From assembly GCA_030668225.1 (NCBI GenBank), contig DAOUUI010000001.1:1-50824 (forward strand): a stretch of 50,824 nt of DNA. Reading direction: 5' to 3'. Source of the stretch: Deltaproteobacteria bacterium (GTDB taxonomy: Bacteria; Desulfobacterota; Deferrimicrobia; Deferrimicrobiales; Deferrimicrobiaceae). Made by a program: the position numbers and the translations under genes. The notes under the pieces are model-generated. The model was given only the letters and a program-made list of their open reading frames with translations, searched no databases and was not told the DNA's origin. Shown piece by piece: positions 11,113 through 19,573 of this stretch (positions are counted from its first letter, which is position 1; each line of letters opens with the position of its first letter).

Positions 11113-11141
11113 TGTTTAATTACAAATTATATTGTAACATG
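11113..11141 (+). promoter_or_regulatory. Possible sigma70-type promoter in the AT-rich gap upstream of the HTH-ARH gene
   Basis: TTGTTT, 17 nt, TAACAT. It sits in a conspicuously AT-rich stretch (about 11043..11142) of an otherwise GC-rich window. Confidence 0.3.
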
Positions 11142-11181
11142 GTTGCCAAATGTCGCTCCTCTACCCGGAGGCATCGATCAT

Positions 11182-12816
11182 ATGGTTGAAAAAGAAACGA
11201 ATTATCTATCGAGGATATTGCGGAAACGGATCGAGACCCTCGGGTATACATCCCTCAAGAAATTCGTCGAGGACAAGAAGGATTTCCAGTACAGCTACGA
11301 ATTGCTCCGGCAGGTCGTGTACGGTGGGAGATTACCCCGGGCGGAAACCCTCCTCTCCATACTGCAGACAATGCGCTTCTCCCCCTCCCAGATCCATAAG
11401 TTGATGGATTTCCATTTCGGGGGATACCCAGGAGGCGGTACCGATAGCCCGGGGGAAACGGCAGGAATCCCTGATGCGGATAAACGGGAGCCGTTCTTCC
11501 GGCCGGAGAATCGGGAATCCTCGTCCACCGGGATCAAACTACTTGATGCCGACCCGAGCGGAGCACAAGCCGATCTATTGGCCGACTCCCCGGAAGAGAC
11601 CGCCATGAGCCTCAAGCAATCCCTTCCCAGGATTCCCTTCAAGGGGAACGAGGACTTCTGGGAGATGACACGGGCGCTCGCGCTGCAGGCCGAACGGAAG
11701 GCCTTGCGCATCGCGAGAAGGGAGGCGGACCAGCCGCTTCTTTTCGAGAAAGAGCCGGAGGCGATCTACCAGTTTCTCGTCCGGAAAGGGAAGGTTCCCT
11801 CGTACATGTCGAAAGGGGAGATGTTGTCGTTCGGATTCGTCGAGGGAGTCGACTACCGGGACCGCTACAGGGGCGCCCTGCTCGGCGCCGCGGTCGGTGA
11901 GATTCTGGGCAGGACTTCGCAAGGTCTGTCTCCCCGGGATATCCGGGAACTGTTCGGGGGAATCGATCAGGATTCGATGCCTACCGGGTGGGTCGGGGAA
12001 GGAAAGGAACTTGCCCCTCCCGCGTGCCTTCTTTTGTCCCGCGCGCTCCTTTCGGCCCGGAAACTCGATCCCGAGGGGATAGCCTCCGTCTACGCGAAAT
12101 CCCGACGACTGCCCGGGGCGGGACACCATGCGGAGTTCGTCCGCAATCTGCTCGACCGGGGATTCCCCTGGTTCGAGGCGGGAGCATCCGTTCCGGAAAC
12201 CGCTCCCTCGGCACGTGTCACTCCCCTTGCCCTTCTCCGCGCGGCAGACTTCCGCCGTCTGAAGATGGAAGCCGGGATCGAGGCTGCCGTCACCCACCCT
12301 CACGGAGCGGCGATCGCGGGAGCCATTGCTCAGACTGCCGCCATCGCACGGGTCCTGCACACGCCTGCAGGCACCCTCGACGTGCTGGGATTCGCCCGGG
12401 GGCTGTCCCACGCCGTATCCGGGATCGAAGCCGACCGATCCCCGCGAGGGAAAGGGGGGAAACCCGTTCCCACGCTCTGGAGGAAGCTCAGCACGGAGCT
12501 CACGGCACTTCTCCTCCGCCGGGCGGAGATGGAGGACGTCCAGGAGGCTCTCGGAAACGGAGCATCCGTTCCCGAGGGAGTTCCCTTCGCGTGGGCCTGT
12601 TTCCTTCGCTACCCCGACGATTACGCCGCCGCAGTGCTCGCAGCGGTGAACCTCGGCAACGAAGCGGAAGCCAACGGTGCGATGGTGGGAAGCCTCGCGG
12701 GGGCCTACGTCGGGGCGGCGGGAATCCCGGAGGCGTTTCTCACGGGTCTGTCGTGGCGGGAGGAGCTGGAAGCCTCGGCGGACGGGCTCCTCGCGCTCGC
12801 CCGCCGCGACTCCTGA
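11182..12816 (+). CDS. Fusion protein: N-terminal Cro/C1 (XRE)-type HTH, low-complexity linker, C-terminal ADP-ribosylglycohydrolase (ARH/DraG)-like domain with substituted metal-ligand motifs
   Basis: HTH: LSRILRKRIETLGYTSLKKFVEDKKDFQYSYELLRQVVYGGRLP. ARH-like: DRYRGALLGAAVGEILG (11863..11910) and LGNEAEANGAMVGSLAGAYVGAAGIP (12649..). Start at ATG 11182, with GGAGG 10 nt upstream. Confidence 0.7.
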   Translation: MVEKETNYLSRILRKRIETLGYTSLKKFVEDKKDFQYSYELLRQVVYGGRLPRAETLLSILQTMRFSPSQIHKLMDFHFGGYPGGGTDSPGETAGIPDADKREPFFRPENRESSSTGIKLLDADPSGAQADLLADSPEETAMSLKQSLPRIPFKGNEDFWEMTRALALQAERKALRIARREADQPLLFEKEPEAIYQFLVRKGKVPSYMSKGEMLSFGFVEGVDYRDRYRGALLGAAVGEILGRTSQGLSPRDIRELFGGIDQDSMPTGWVGEGKELAPPACLLLSRALLSARKLDPEGIASVYAKSRRLPGAGHHAEFVRNLLDRGFPWFEAGASVPETAPSARVTPLALLRAADFRRLKMEAGIEAAVTHPHGAAIAGAIAQTAAIARVLHTPAGTLDVLGFARGLSHAVSGIEADRSPRGKGGKPVPTLWRKLSTELTALLLRRAEMEDVQEALGNGASVPEGVPFAWACFLRYPDDYAAAVLAAVNLGNEAEANGAMVGSLAGAYVGAAGIPEAFLTGLSWREELEASADGLLALARRDS

Positions 12817-12835
12817 CAACGGATTTGGCTTCCTT

Positions 12836-13978
12836 CTACCGCATCATGATTTCCTTGGCGATCACCATGCGCTGGATCTGGCTCGTCCCCTCGTAAATCT
12901 GGAGGAGCTTCGCATCGCGCATCAGCTTCTCCACGGGATAGTCCCTCATGTACCCGTACCCGCCGAATATCTGAACGGCATCGGTGGTGACCCGCATCGC
13001 GAGGTCGGAGGCGAACGCCTTGGCGAAGGACGATTCCTTCGTGTTCCTCTTCCCCATGTCGAGCAGCCAGGCCCCTTTATAGGTGAGCAGTCGGGCCGCC
13101 TCGATTTCCATCGCCATGTCGGCCAGCAGAAAATGGATCGCCTGGTTCATGGCGATGGGGACGCCGAACTGAACTCGCTCCTTCGAATACTGCATCGCCA
13201 GTTCGAAGGCCGCGCGGGCGACACCGACGGCGAAGGCCGCGACCGTGGGGCGAGCGTAGTCCAGCGCGATCATTGCGATCTTGAATCCCTCTCCCTCCTT
13301 CCCGAGGAGGTTTTCCGCCGGAACCTTCACGTCCTCCAGGAGCACGTCCGCCGTGTCGGAGGCACGCTGCCCCATCTTGTCCTCTTTCTTGCCCACGGAA
13401 ACGCCGGGAAGCGATCTCGGCACGACAAATGCGGACAGCCCTTTGTGCCCCTTGGAGCGGTCCGTGGAGGCGAATACCGTGTATTGGGAAGCGTGGCTTC
13501 CGTTCGTGATGAAGCACTTGCGGCCGTTGAGGAGGTAACTGTCCCCCTCCTTTTTGGCGGTCGTCGCGATCCCCCCCGCGTCGGATCCCGCCCCGGGCTC
13601 GGTCAGACAGAAGGAGGCGTACTGGAGCTTTTCCGCGAAAGGCGCCACGAACTTCTTCTTCTGTTCGTCCGTTCCCGCAACGAGGACAGGCGTCAGCGCC
13701 AGCCCGTTGCAGGTCATGGAACTGGTAATGCCGGTACACCCCCATGCCAGCTCCTCTTCGATGATGCAGGAGTCAAGCGCCGAAAGCCCCAGACCGCCGC
13801 ATTCCTCGGGGATGAAACCGCTCATCAGTCCGAGGCCGAACGCCTTTTCGAAAATATCCTCGGGAAACTTCGATGCGTGGTCGTACTCGACCGCCTTGGG
13901 TCGGATCTCGTTGGCGGCGAATTTCCTCGCCATGTCCTGAAGCGCAACCTGCTCCTGCGTCAGTTCGAACCCGATCAT
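12836..13978 (-). CDS. Acyl-CoA dehydrogenase (short/medium-chain type)
   Basis: MIGFELTQEQ start, CLTEPGAGSD, the YARPTVAA region, and C-terminal IYEGTSQIQRMVIAKEI. ATG 13978 overlaps the TetR stop as ATGA. Confidence 0.92.
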   Translation of the reverse strand: MIGFELTQEQVALQDMARKFAANEIRPKAVEYDHASKFPEDIFEKAFGLGLMSGFIPEECGGLGLSALDSCIIEEELAWGCTGITSSMTCNGLALTPVLVAGTDEQKKKFVAPFAEKLQYASFCLTEPGAGSDAGGIATTAKKEGDSYLLNGRKCFITNGSHASQYTVFASTDRSKGHKGLSAFVVPRSLPGVSVGKKEDKMGQRASDTADVLLEDVKVPAENLLGKEGEGFKIAMIALDYARPTVAAFAVGVARAAFELAMQYSKERVQFGVPIAMNQAIHFLLADMAMEIEAARLLTYKGAWLLDMGKRNTKESSFAKAFASDLAMRVTTDAVQIFGGYGYMRDYPVEKLMRDAKLLQIYEGTSQIQRMVIAKEIMMR

Positions 13979-14604
13979 GTCCAGCCCTCCCTGTTCTGGC
14001 CTGTCCCGCACAATCCTTCCGCGAAGATGCGGTAGATTTCGGTCGCGGCATCGGCAGGATTGTATTTCCGTTTCCGGGACAGAACGTAGGCGAGCGCGAT
14101 CTCGTCGAGAGCGCCGAACACCGCCCGTCGGGCCACCGTCACGTTCAGCTCCTGCCGAAACGTTCCCTCACGCTTCCCCAATTCGAGGATCTCGCTGATC
14201 ACTTCGAGATATTCGAGAAACTTCACGGGAACGTATTCCTTCATGAACTTGTTGCTCTGGCGCAACTCTACCTGGAGAACCTCGATGAGACCGGCCTCCC
14301 GGACGAGCAGGTTCATGTGGTTTTCGATGAAGATCCTCAGGCGGGGAAGCGCCCCGTCCCCCGCTGCGACCTGCTCCCGGACGTCTGCCACGACTTCGGC
14401 CATCTTCTCTTCGAAAAGCGAAATAAGGAGATCGTCCTTGTTCTTGAAATACAGGTAGATCGTCCCGTCCGCAACGCCTGCCGACCGGGCGATTTCGGAT
14501 ACCTTGGAACTGAAAAACCCCTTCTGGGAGAAGATCTTAATCGCCGCCCGCAGGATGCGCTCCCGCTTCGCCGGCCCTCCTCCCCGCGTTCCCCGCTGTG
14601 CCAT
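13975..14604 (-). CDS. TetR/AcrR-family transcriptional regulator (FadR-like by context)
   Basis: RERILRAAIKIFSQKGFFSSKVSEIARSAGVADGTIYLYFKNKDDLL is a TetR HTH. Start is ambiguous: ATG 14604 follows a G-run SD; ATG 14628 is 8 codons longer and lies inside the palindrome. Confidence 0.85.
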   Translation of the reverse strand: MAQRGTRGGGPAKRERILRAAIKIFSQKGFFSSKVSEIARSAGVADGTIYLYFKNKDDLLISLFEEKMAEVVADVREQVAAGDGALPRLRIFIENHMNLLVREAGLIEVLQVELRQSNKFMKEYVPVKFLEYLEVISEILELGKREGTFRQELNVTVARRAVFGALDEIALAYVLSRKRKYNPADAATEIYRIFAEGLCGTGQNREGWT

Positions 14605-14613
14605 TGCCCCCCC

Positions 14614-14631
14614 TGAATGAATAGTCATTCA
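14614..14631. promoter_or_regulatory. Perfect inverted repeat TGAATGA-N4-TCATTCA, candidate TetR/FadR operator
   Basis: TGAATGAATAGTCATTCA, 10 nt upstream of ATG 14604 of the TetR gene. I found only one copy in the window. Confidence 0.45.
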
Positions 14632-14720
14632 TTAAAATAAGTACCATTCGGCGGAAGGGGTGTCAAGAAATTCCGGAGTCGATTCTGGTACCGGACGGGA
14701 CGGGGGAAACGCCTGTTCCT

Positions 14721-15500
14721 TTATTCCCGGAAGCCGAGGCGGGTCGAAAGGTCTTTTGCCAACTGGGCCACTTCGGCACCGATCGTGGTCTGGATCTTCT
14801 CGTCCGTGAGACGATTCGCCGGGCCGGAGACGCTCAGGGCGCCGATCACCTTTCTGGTGTAATCGCGGATCGGGGAGGCGATGCATCGCAGACCTTCCTC
14901 CAACTCCTCGAGATCGGTCGCATATCCTTGACTTCGCACGGACTCGAGGTCCCGGAAGAGTTCCTCGATGTTCCGGATGGTGTTCTTGGTGTAACCCTTG
15001 AGATCCTCCCCCAATCGCTTGCGAAGGTCTTCCTCCGATTCGAAAGCGATCAGCGCCTTTCCGGCAGCGGAGGCATGCGCCGGTATGTGGAGCCCGAGAC
15101 GGGAAACGACGCGGACCGTGGTCGTCGGTTCGACCACGTCGAGGTACACGACATCGCTCCCCCGCAGGATCGACATGTAACTCGTCTCCCCTGTCTTCTC
15201 GGCGAGTTCCTGGAGGATCGGTTTTGCCTGTTTCAGCATCCCCCTCTGCTGGATAAAGGTCTGCCCGAGGTGGAGACAGTTCAACCCCAAACGGTAGTTC
15301 TCGTTCGCCTTGTTCTGTTCGATGTAGTTCCGCGACTGCAGCGTCGCGAGAATGCGAAATACATTATTTTTGTGAAGTTTTAACTTCTTGCTCAGTTCGG
15401 TGACCCCGAGCTCATCCACGTCCCCCTGAAACTCCTCGAGCACGTCCAGCGCGTGCGAAACGGACTGGATGATATAATTCGACTTGTCGCGCCGTACCAT
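14721..15500 (-). CDS. IclR-family transcriptional regulator
   Basis: N-terminal wHTH (SVSHALDVLEEFQGDVDELGVTELSKKLKLHKNNVFRILATL) plus an IclR effector domain. Start at ATG 15500, with GGAGGAGAT immediately upstream. Confidence 0.87.
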   Translation of the reverse strand: MVRRDKSNYIIQSVSHALDVLEEFQGDVDELGVTELSKKLKLHKNNVFRILATLQSRNYIEQNKANENYRLGLNCLHLGQTFIQQRGMLKQAKPILQELAEKTGETSYMSILRGSDVVYLDVVEPTTTVRVVSRLGLHIPAHASAAGKALIAFESEEDLRKRLGEDLKGYTKNTIRNIEELFRDLESVRSQGYATDLEELEEGLRCIASPIRDYTRKVIGALSVSGPANRLTDEKIQTTIGAEVAQLAKDLSTRLGFRE

Positions 15501-15697
15501 ATCTCCTCCATGTGCGGAATCACGGCCAGCGTAACAAAACACTGTTACATATATTCCTTGTATCCGAAACTGTCAATACAAAAAATATAACCGATTTCTA
15601 TTTTTCAGGAATGGGAGAAACAGGGGACGACGCATCCCCTGGCATGGGCAGAAAAATTCCCTTTTCTTCCGCAGGATTGCCCAAAATAAAATTCGAC

Positions 15698-16264
15698 TCA
15701 CTTCGTTTTTGGCTTCATCGATTCGACCGTAACACGCATCTTCGTGATCTCCGCTTTCAGGGAATCGCGGTAGGGATAATCCGGAATGTTTTCCAGCAGT
15801 CCCTCCCACGCCTTTATGCCGCCCTCGATGTCGTTCTTGTCATGGATCAGGATGACGCCCAGGTTGTACCTGGACTGCGCGTGGCGGGGATCGATCGAAA
15901 TCACCTTCTTGAGCTCCTCGACAGCCTTGTCGGGATTCCCCCTCCGTCGGTAGCAGACGGCCATGTCCGTCCTGACGTTCACGTTGCGCGGGTCGATGGA
16001 AAGCGCCCGCTGGTAATGGTCAATGGCCAGCTGATCCTGCCGGGTGTCGAAATAGAGGTTTCCGATGTTGATCAGGGCCTGGAGGTTGTTCGGGTCCTTC
16101 CGCAGGATCTCCTGGTAATTATCGACCTCGCGCAAGGCGCTAAGCGTGATCGCCTCCCCCTCCTGACTTCGGGGAGGCTCGTTCTTGCGGCAGCCGACGA
16201 CCGCAAGATGAAAGAGCAGCACCACTCCCACAGCCGTGACTTTCCACACCATGCTCGTTTTCAT
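15698..16264 (-). CDS. TPR-repeat lipoprotein
   Basis: Signal peptide with lipobox (LFHLAVVGC) and TPR-like repeats (ALINIGNLYFDTRQ, AIDHYQRAL). The ATG overlaps the folK stop as ATGA. Confidence 0.7.
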   Translation of the reverse strand: MKTSMVWKVTAVGVVLLFHLAVVGCRKNEPPRSQEGEAITLSALREVDNYQEILRKDPNNLQALINIGNLYFDTRQDQLAIDHYQRALSIDPRNVNVRTDMAVCYRRRGNPDKAVEELKKVISIDPRHAQSRYNLGVILIHDKNDIEGGIKAWEGLLENIPDYPYRDSLKAEITKMRVTVESMKPKTK

Positions 16265-16740
16265 ATCGGAGTCACCTCAAGAGGGTCCCGGCAATCCCCG
16301 AGAAGATCCCTCACAGTCCTTCCTCCGGGGGGTACGTGCGCCTCCGGAGCGATTTCGGCCACGGGCGCGAGGCAGAACCGGCGGACGGACATCAACGGGT
16401 GGGGAATCACCAGGTGCTCCTCGCTGACCACGCGGCTCCCCATCAGGATGATGTCGATGTCAAGCTCCCGCGGTCCCCAGCGCGGCCCCGACTTTCTCCC
16501 TGACCCCGCCTCGATTCTCTTGACGAAATGCAGGAGGGTCTCCGGGGCGAGGGCGGTCTCTCCCCGGACCGCGACGTTCAGATACCATGGCTGGTTCGCC
16601 CTCCCGCTTGGCTCCCCCGCGTAGATCCGGGAGACCCTTCCGACCTCCATTCCTCCGGCGAGCGCTGCGATGCCGCCCTGAAGCCTTCGAATCCGACGCC
16701 CGGAGTTGCTCCCGAGGAGCAGGATGACCTCTTCCTGCAC
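16261..16740 (-). CDS. folK: 2-amino-4-hydroxy-6-hydroxymethyldihydropteridine diphosphokinase
   Basis: 159 aa. LGSN start region, PRELDIDIIL and IPHPLMSVRRFCLAPVAEI are typical of HPPK. Confidence 0.85.
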   Translation of the reverse strand: MQEEVILLLGSNSGRRIRRLQGGIAALAGGMEVGRVSRIYAGEPSGRANQPWYLNVAVRGETALAPETLLHFVKRIEAGSGRKSGPRWGPRELDIDIILMGSRVVSEEHLVIPHPLMSVRRFCLAPVAEIAPEAHVPPGGRTVRDLLGDCRDPLEVTPI

Positions 16741-16779
16741 GCCGATCCCTCCCCCCCGTACAAGGCCTGCCTAGTGCAC

Positions 16780-17949
16780 CTAGAAACCCACCTTCCGCAT
16801 TCGGGAAAGGGCCTCCCGGATCCGCCCTTTCCCCTTCGTCAGGGCGATCCGCACGTACCCTTCCCCGCTTTTCCCGAACCCGCTCCCGGGAGTGGTGACG
16901 ATGCCGGTCTTCTCCAGCAGATGCGCGCAGAAGGAGGCCGACGTGTACCCCTTCGGAACGGGGATCCACACGTAGAACGTGGCCTTTGGAAAAACGGGGT
17001 CGAGGCCGAGCGCCCGAAGCCCCGGGACCAGAACATCCCTCCTGTCCTGGTAGGTTCGCCGTATGGAATCGGTTGCCTCGTCGTCGCTTTCCATTGCCTC
17101 GATCCCTGCGCCCTGCACCGCCTGGAACGCTCCGCTGTCCACGTTGGTCTTGACCTTTCCTAGCCCTGCAACGAGTTCGAGGTTTCCCACTGCGAAACCG
17201 ATTCGCCAACCCGTCATGTTGTAGGTCTTGGACAGGGAGTGAAACTCGATGCAACGCTTCTTCGCCCCCGGAAGCTCGAGTATGCTCATCGGCCTGTTCC
17301 CGTCGAAATAGATCTCCGAGTACGCCGCGTCGTGCGCCACGATCAGGTTGTGCTCTTCGGCCAGCCCAAGCACTTTCCGGAAGAATTTCCTGTCGGCGAC
17401 CGCGGACGTCGGGTTGTTCGGATAGTTGATGAACAGGATCTTCGTCTTCGCAAGGACGGAGCGCGGGATCGCGTCGAGATCGGGCAAAAACCCGTTCTCG
17501 CGCAGGAGCGGCATGAAATGTGACTTCCCGCCGGCGAACATCGTGGCGATGTGAAAAACAGGATAGCCCGGATCCGGCACCAGGACCACGTCACCGGGGT
17601 TCACGAAAGCGAGCGGGAAATGAGCGATCCCCTCCTTCGTTCCGATGAGCGCGACCACCTCGGAGGAAGGGTCAAGCGAAACGTTGAACCGCCGCCGGCA
17701 CCATTTCGCCGCAGCAGCCCGAAACTCCGGGAGCCCTTCATAGGACGGATACTGGTGGTTGGCCGGAACGGCCGCCTCCCGCTTCATCCGGTCGACGATG
17801 AATTTCGGCGTCGGTCGGTCCGGATCCCCGACCCCGAGGTCGATGATATCCACGCCGCGGGCCCGGACCTCCTCCTTTTTCCGGTCGAGCTCGGCGAACA
17901 GGTACGGGGGAAGGGCCTTGATCCGTGCGGAAAGCGAAAATCGGCTCAT
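16780..17949 (-). CDS. dapL: LL-diaminopimelate aminotransferase (class I/II aminotransferase)
   Basis: LPPYLFAELDRKK, DLGVGDPD and the SLSKTYNMTGWRIG PLP-lysine motif. It sits inside the dap/lys cluster. Confidence 0.8.
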   Translation of the reverse strand: MSRFSLSARIKALPPYLFAELDRKKEEVRARGVDIIDLGVGDPDRPTPKFIVDRMKREAAVPANHQYPSYEGLPEFRAAAAKWCRRRFNVSLDPSSEVVALIGTKEGIAHFPLAFVNPGDVVLVPDPGYPVFHIATMFAGGKSHFMPLLRENGFLPDLDAIPRSVLAKTKILFINYPNNPTSAVADRKFFRKVLGLAEEHNLIVAHDAAYSEIYFDGNRPMSILELPGAKKRCIEFHSLSKTYNMTGWRIGFAVGNLELVAGLGKVKTNVDSGAFQAVQGAGIEAMESDDEATDSIRRTYQDRRDVLVPGLRALGLDPVFPKATFYVWIPVPKGYTSASFCAHLLEKTGIVTTPGSGFGKSGEGYVRIALTKGKGRIREALSRMRKVGF

Positions 17950-17978
17950 CTTGTCACATTCTCCTCGCGGAAGGTGGG

Positions 17979-18743
17979 CTATTGGACTACGACCCGGTTG
18001 GTCAGGGATCCGATCCCTTCGATCTCGACGGTCATGACGTCCCCCACCTGCACTGGACCGACCCCCGGAGGAGTGCCGGTCGCGATGACGTCGCCGGGGT
18101 ACAGGGTCATGACGTGGGAGATGTGATCCACCAGCGAGAATACCGATGCGCCAATCTCGCGCGTGTTGTAATTCTGCTTCACCTGGCCGTTCACTAAACA
18201 GCGGACCTGCAGGGCGGACGGGTCAAGATCCGTTTCGATCCAGGGGCCAAGGGGCGCGAAGGTGTCGAACCCCTTCGCCCGCGCGAACTGCACGTCCTTC
18301 GCCTGGAGGTCCCGGGCGGTCACGTCGTTGATGCAGGTGTACCCCAGGATCACCGACTGCGCATCCTCCGCCGACACGTTTTTCGCCTTTTTCCCGATGA
18401 TGACAGCCAGCTCCGCCTCGTAGTCCACCCGTTGGGAGGCGCGAGGGTACACCACGTCGCCGCCGGGGTCGTTGAGTGCGGAGGGGGCCTTGAGGAAGAT
18501 GAGCGGCTCTTCGGGGATCACCTTCCCCATCTCCCGCGCGTGACCCTTGTAGGTAAACCCGAGGGCGACGATCTTGGAGGGAACCACGGGAGCGAGGAGG
18601 CGGACATCGGCAAGCGGCCGCACGGAACCGGTATCCCGGATACCCTCGAACGGCGGGCCGTCAAGTTCCCGGATCTCTCCCTTTTCCGGATCGACAAGGC
18701 CGTACCCGATATTTCCCCGATATTCAAACCGCGCGATCTTCAC
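17979..18743 (-). CDS. Fumarylacetoacetate hydrolase (FAH) family protein
   Basis: VKIARFEY start and the GTPPGVG motif region. Start set to GTG 18743 (G-rich SD, 5 nt after the dapB stop); the track ATG at 18767 would overlap dapB by 20 nt. Confidence 0.8.
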   Translation of the reverse strand: MKIARFEYRGNIGYGLVDPEKGEIRELDGPPFEGIRDTGSVRPLADVRLLAPVVPSKIVALGFTYKGHAREMGKVIPEEPLIFLKAPSALNDPGGDVVYPRASQRVDYEAELAVIIGKKAKNVSAEDAQSVILGYTCINDVTARDLQAKDVQFARAKGFDTFAPLGPWIETDLDPSALQVRCLVNGQVKQNYNTREIGASVFSLVDHISHVMTLYPGDVIATGTPPGVGPVQVGDVMTVEIEGIGSLTNRVVVQ

Positions 18744-18747
18744 GGAA

Positions 18748-19551
18748 TCACCCCCCCAGAACCGCATGCATGTCGTAGAGACCCGCCGGTTTCCCGATTA
18801 CCCATGAGGCGGCCCTCACTGCGCCCCACGCAAACGTGTCCCGGCTGTGGGCCCGGTGGGTGATCTCGAACCTTTCCCCGATCCCGCCGAACACGAGGGT
18901 GTGTTCGCCCACGACGTCGCCCGCCCGAACCGCAAATACCCCGATCTCCTTCCGGGGGCGCTCTCCGATCAATCCGTGACGCCCGTACACACCCGCCGCC
19001 TTCATATCCCTGCCCAGCGCGCCGGCCACCACGTCCGCCAGTCTCACCGCCGTCCCCGAGGGGGAGTCCTTCTTGAACCGATGGTGGGTCTCGACGATCT
19101 CCACGTCGTAGTCGTCGCCGAGGACGCGGGCGACCTCGGCCGCCACCCGGAACATCAGGTTCACCCCCACGCTCATGTTCGGGGACAGGACGCACGCGAT
19201 CCCTTTTGCCGATGCCCGGATCTCCCCGGTCTGCTCCTGCGTCAGCCCGGTGCTCCCGATCACGATCGGTTTTCCCGCGGCTGCGGCCTCTCCGGCGTGC
19301 TGGACGGACGAAACCGCGTGCGTAAAGTCGATCGCCACGTCCGCCCGGGAGATCGCCGAGGGAAAATCGCTCGTGACAACGACCCCCCCCTTTCCCGCCC
19401 CGGCAACCTCGAGGGCGTCTTGTCCCAGCAGGGGATGATCCGGGGGTTCCACCGCTCCGGAAAGAACCAGTCCCTGCGGCCGGTCCCGGAGAACGCCCAG
19501 GATCGCCCTTCCCATTCTTCCCATCGCCCCGCACACGACTACGTTCGCCAC
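18748..19551 (-). CDS. dapB: 4-hydroxy-tetrahydrodipicolinate reductase
   Basis: VVVCGAMGRMGRAI NAD(P)-binding start, and ETHHRFKKDSPSGTA. Start set at GTG 19551, with GGAGG 5 nt upstream; ATG 19581 is the alternative. Confidence 0.9.
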   Translation of the reverse strand: MANVVVCGAMGRMGRAILGVLRDRPQGLVLSGAVEPPDHPLLGQDALEVAGAGKGGVVVTSDFPSAISRADVAIDFTHAVSSVQHAGEAAAAGKPIVIGSTGLTQEQTGEIRASAKGIACVLSPNMSVGVNLMFRVAAEVARVLGDDYDVEIVETHHRFKKDSPSGTAVRLADVVAGALGRDMKAAGVYGRHGLIGERPRKEIGVFAVRAGDVVGEHTLVFGGIGERFEITHRAHSRDTFAWGAVRAASWVIGKPAGLYDMHAVLGG

Positions 19552-19573
19552 GTCTTCCTCCCCCGGCGCGCCC

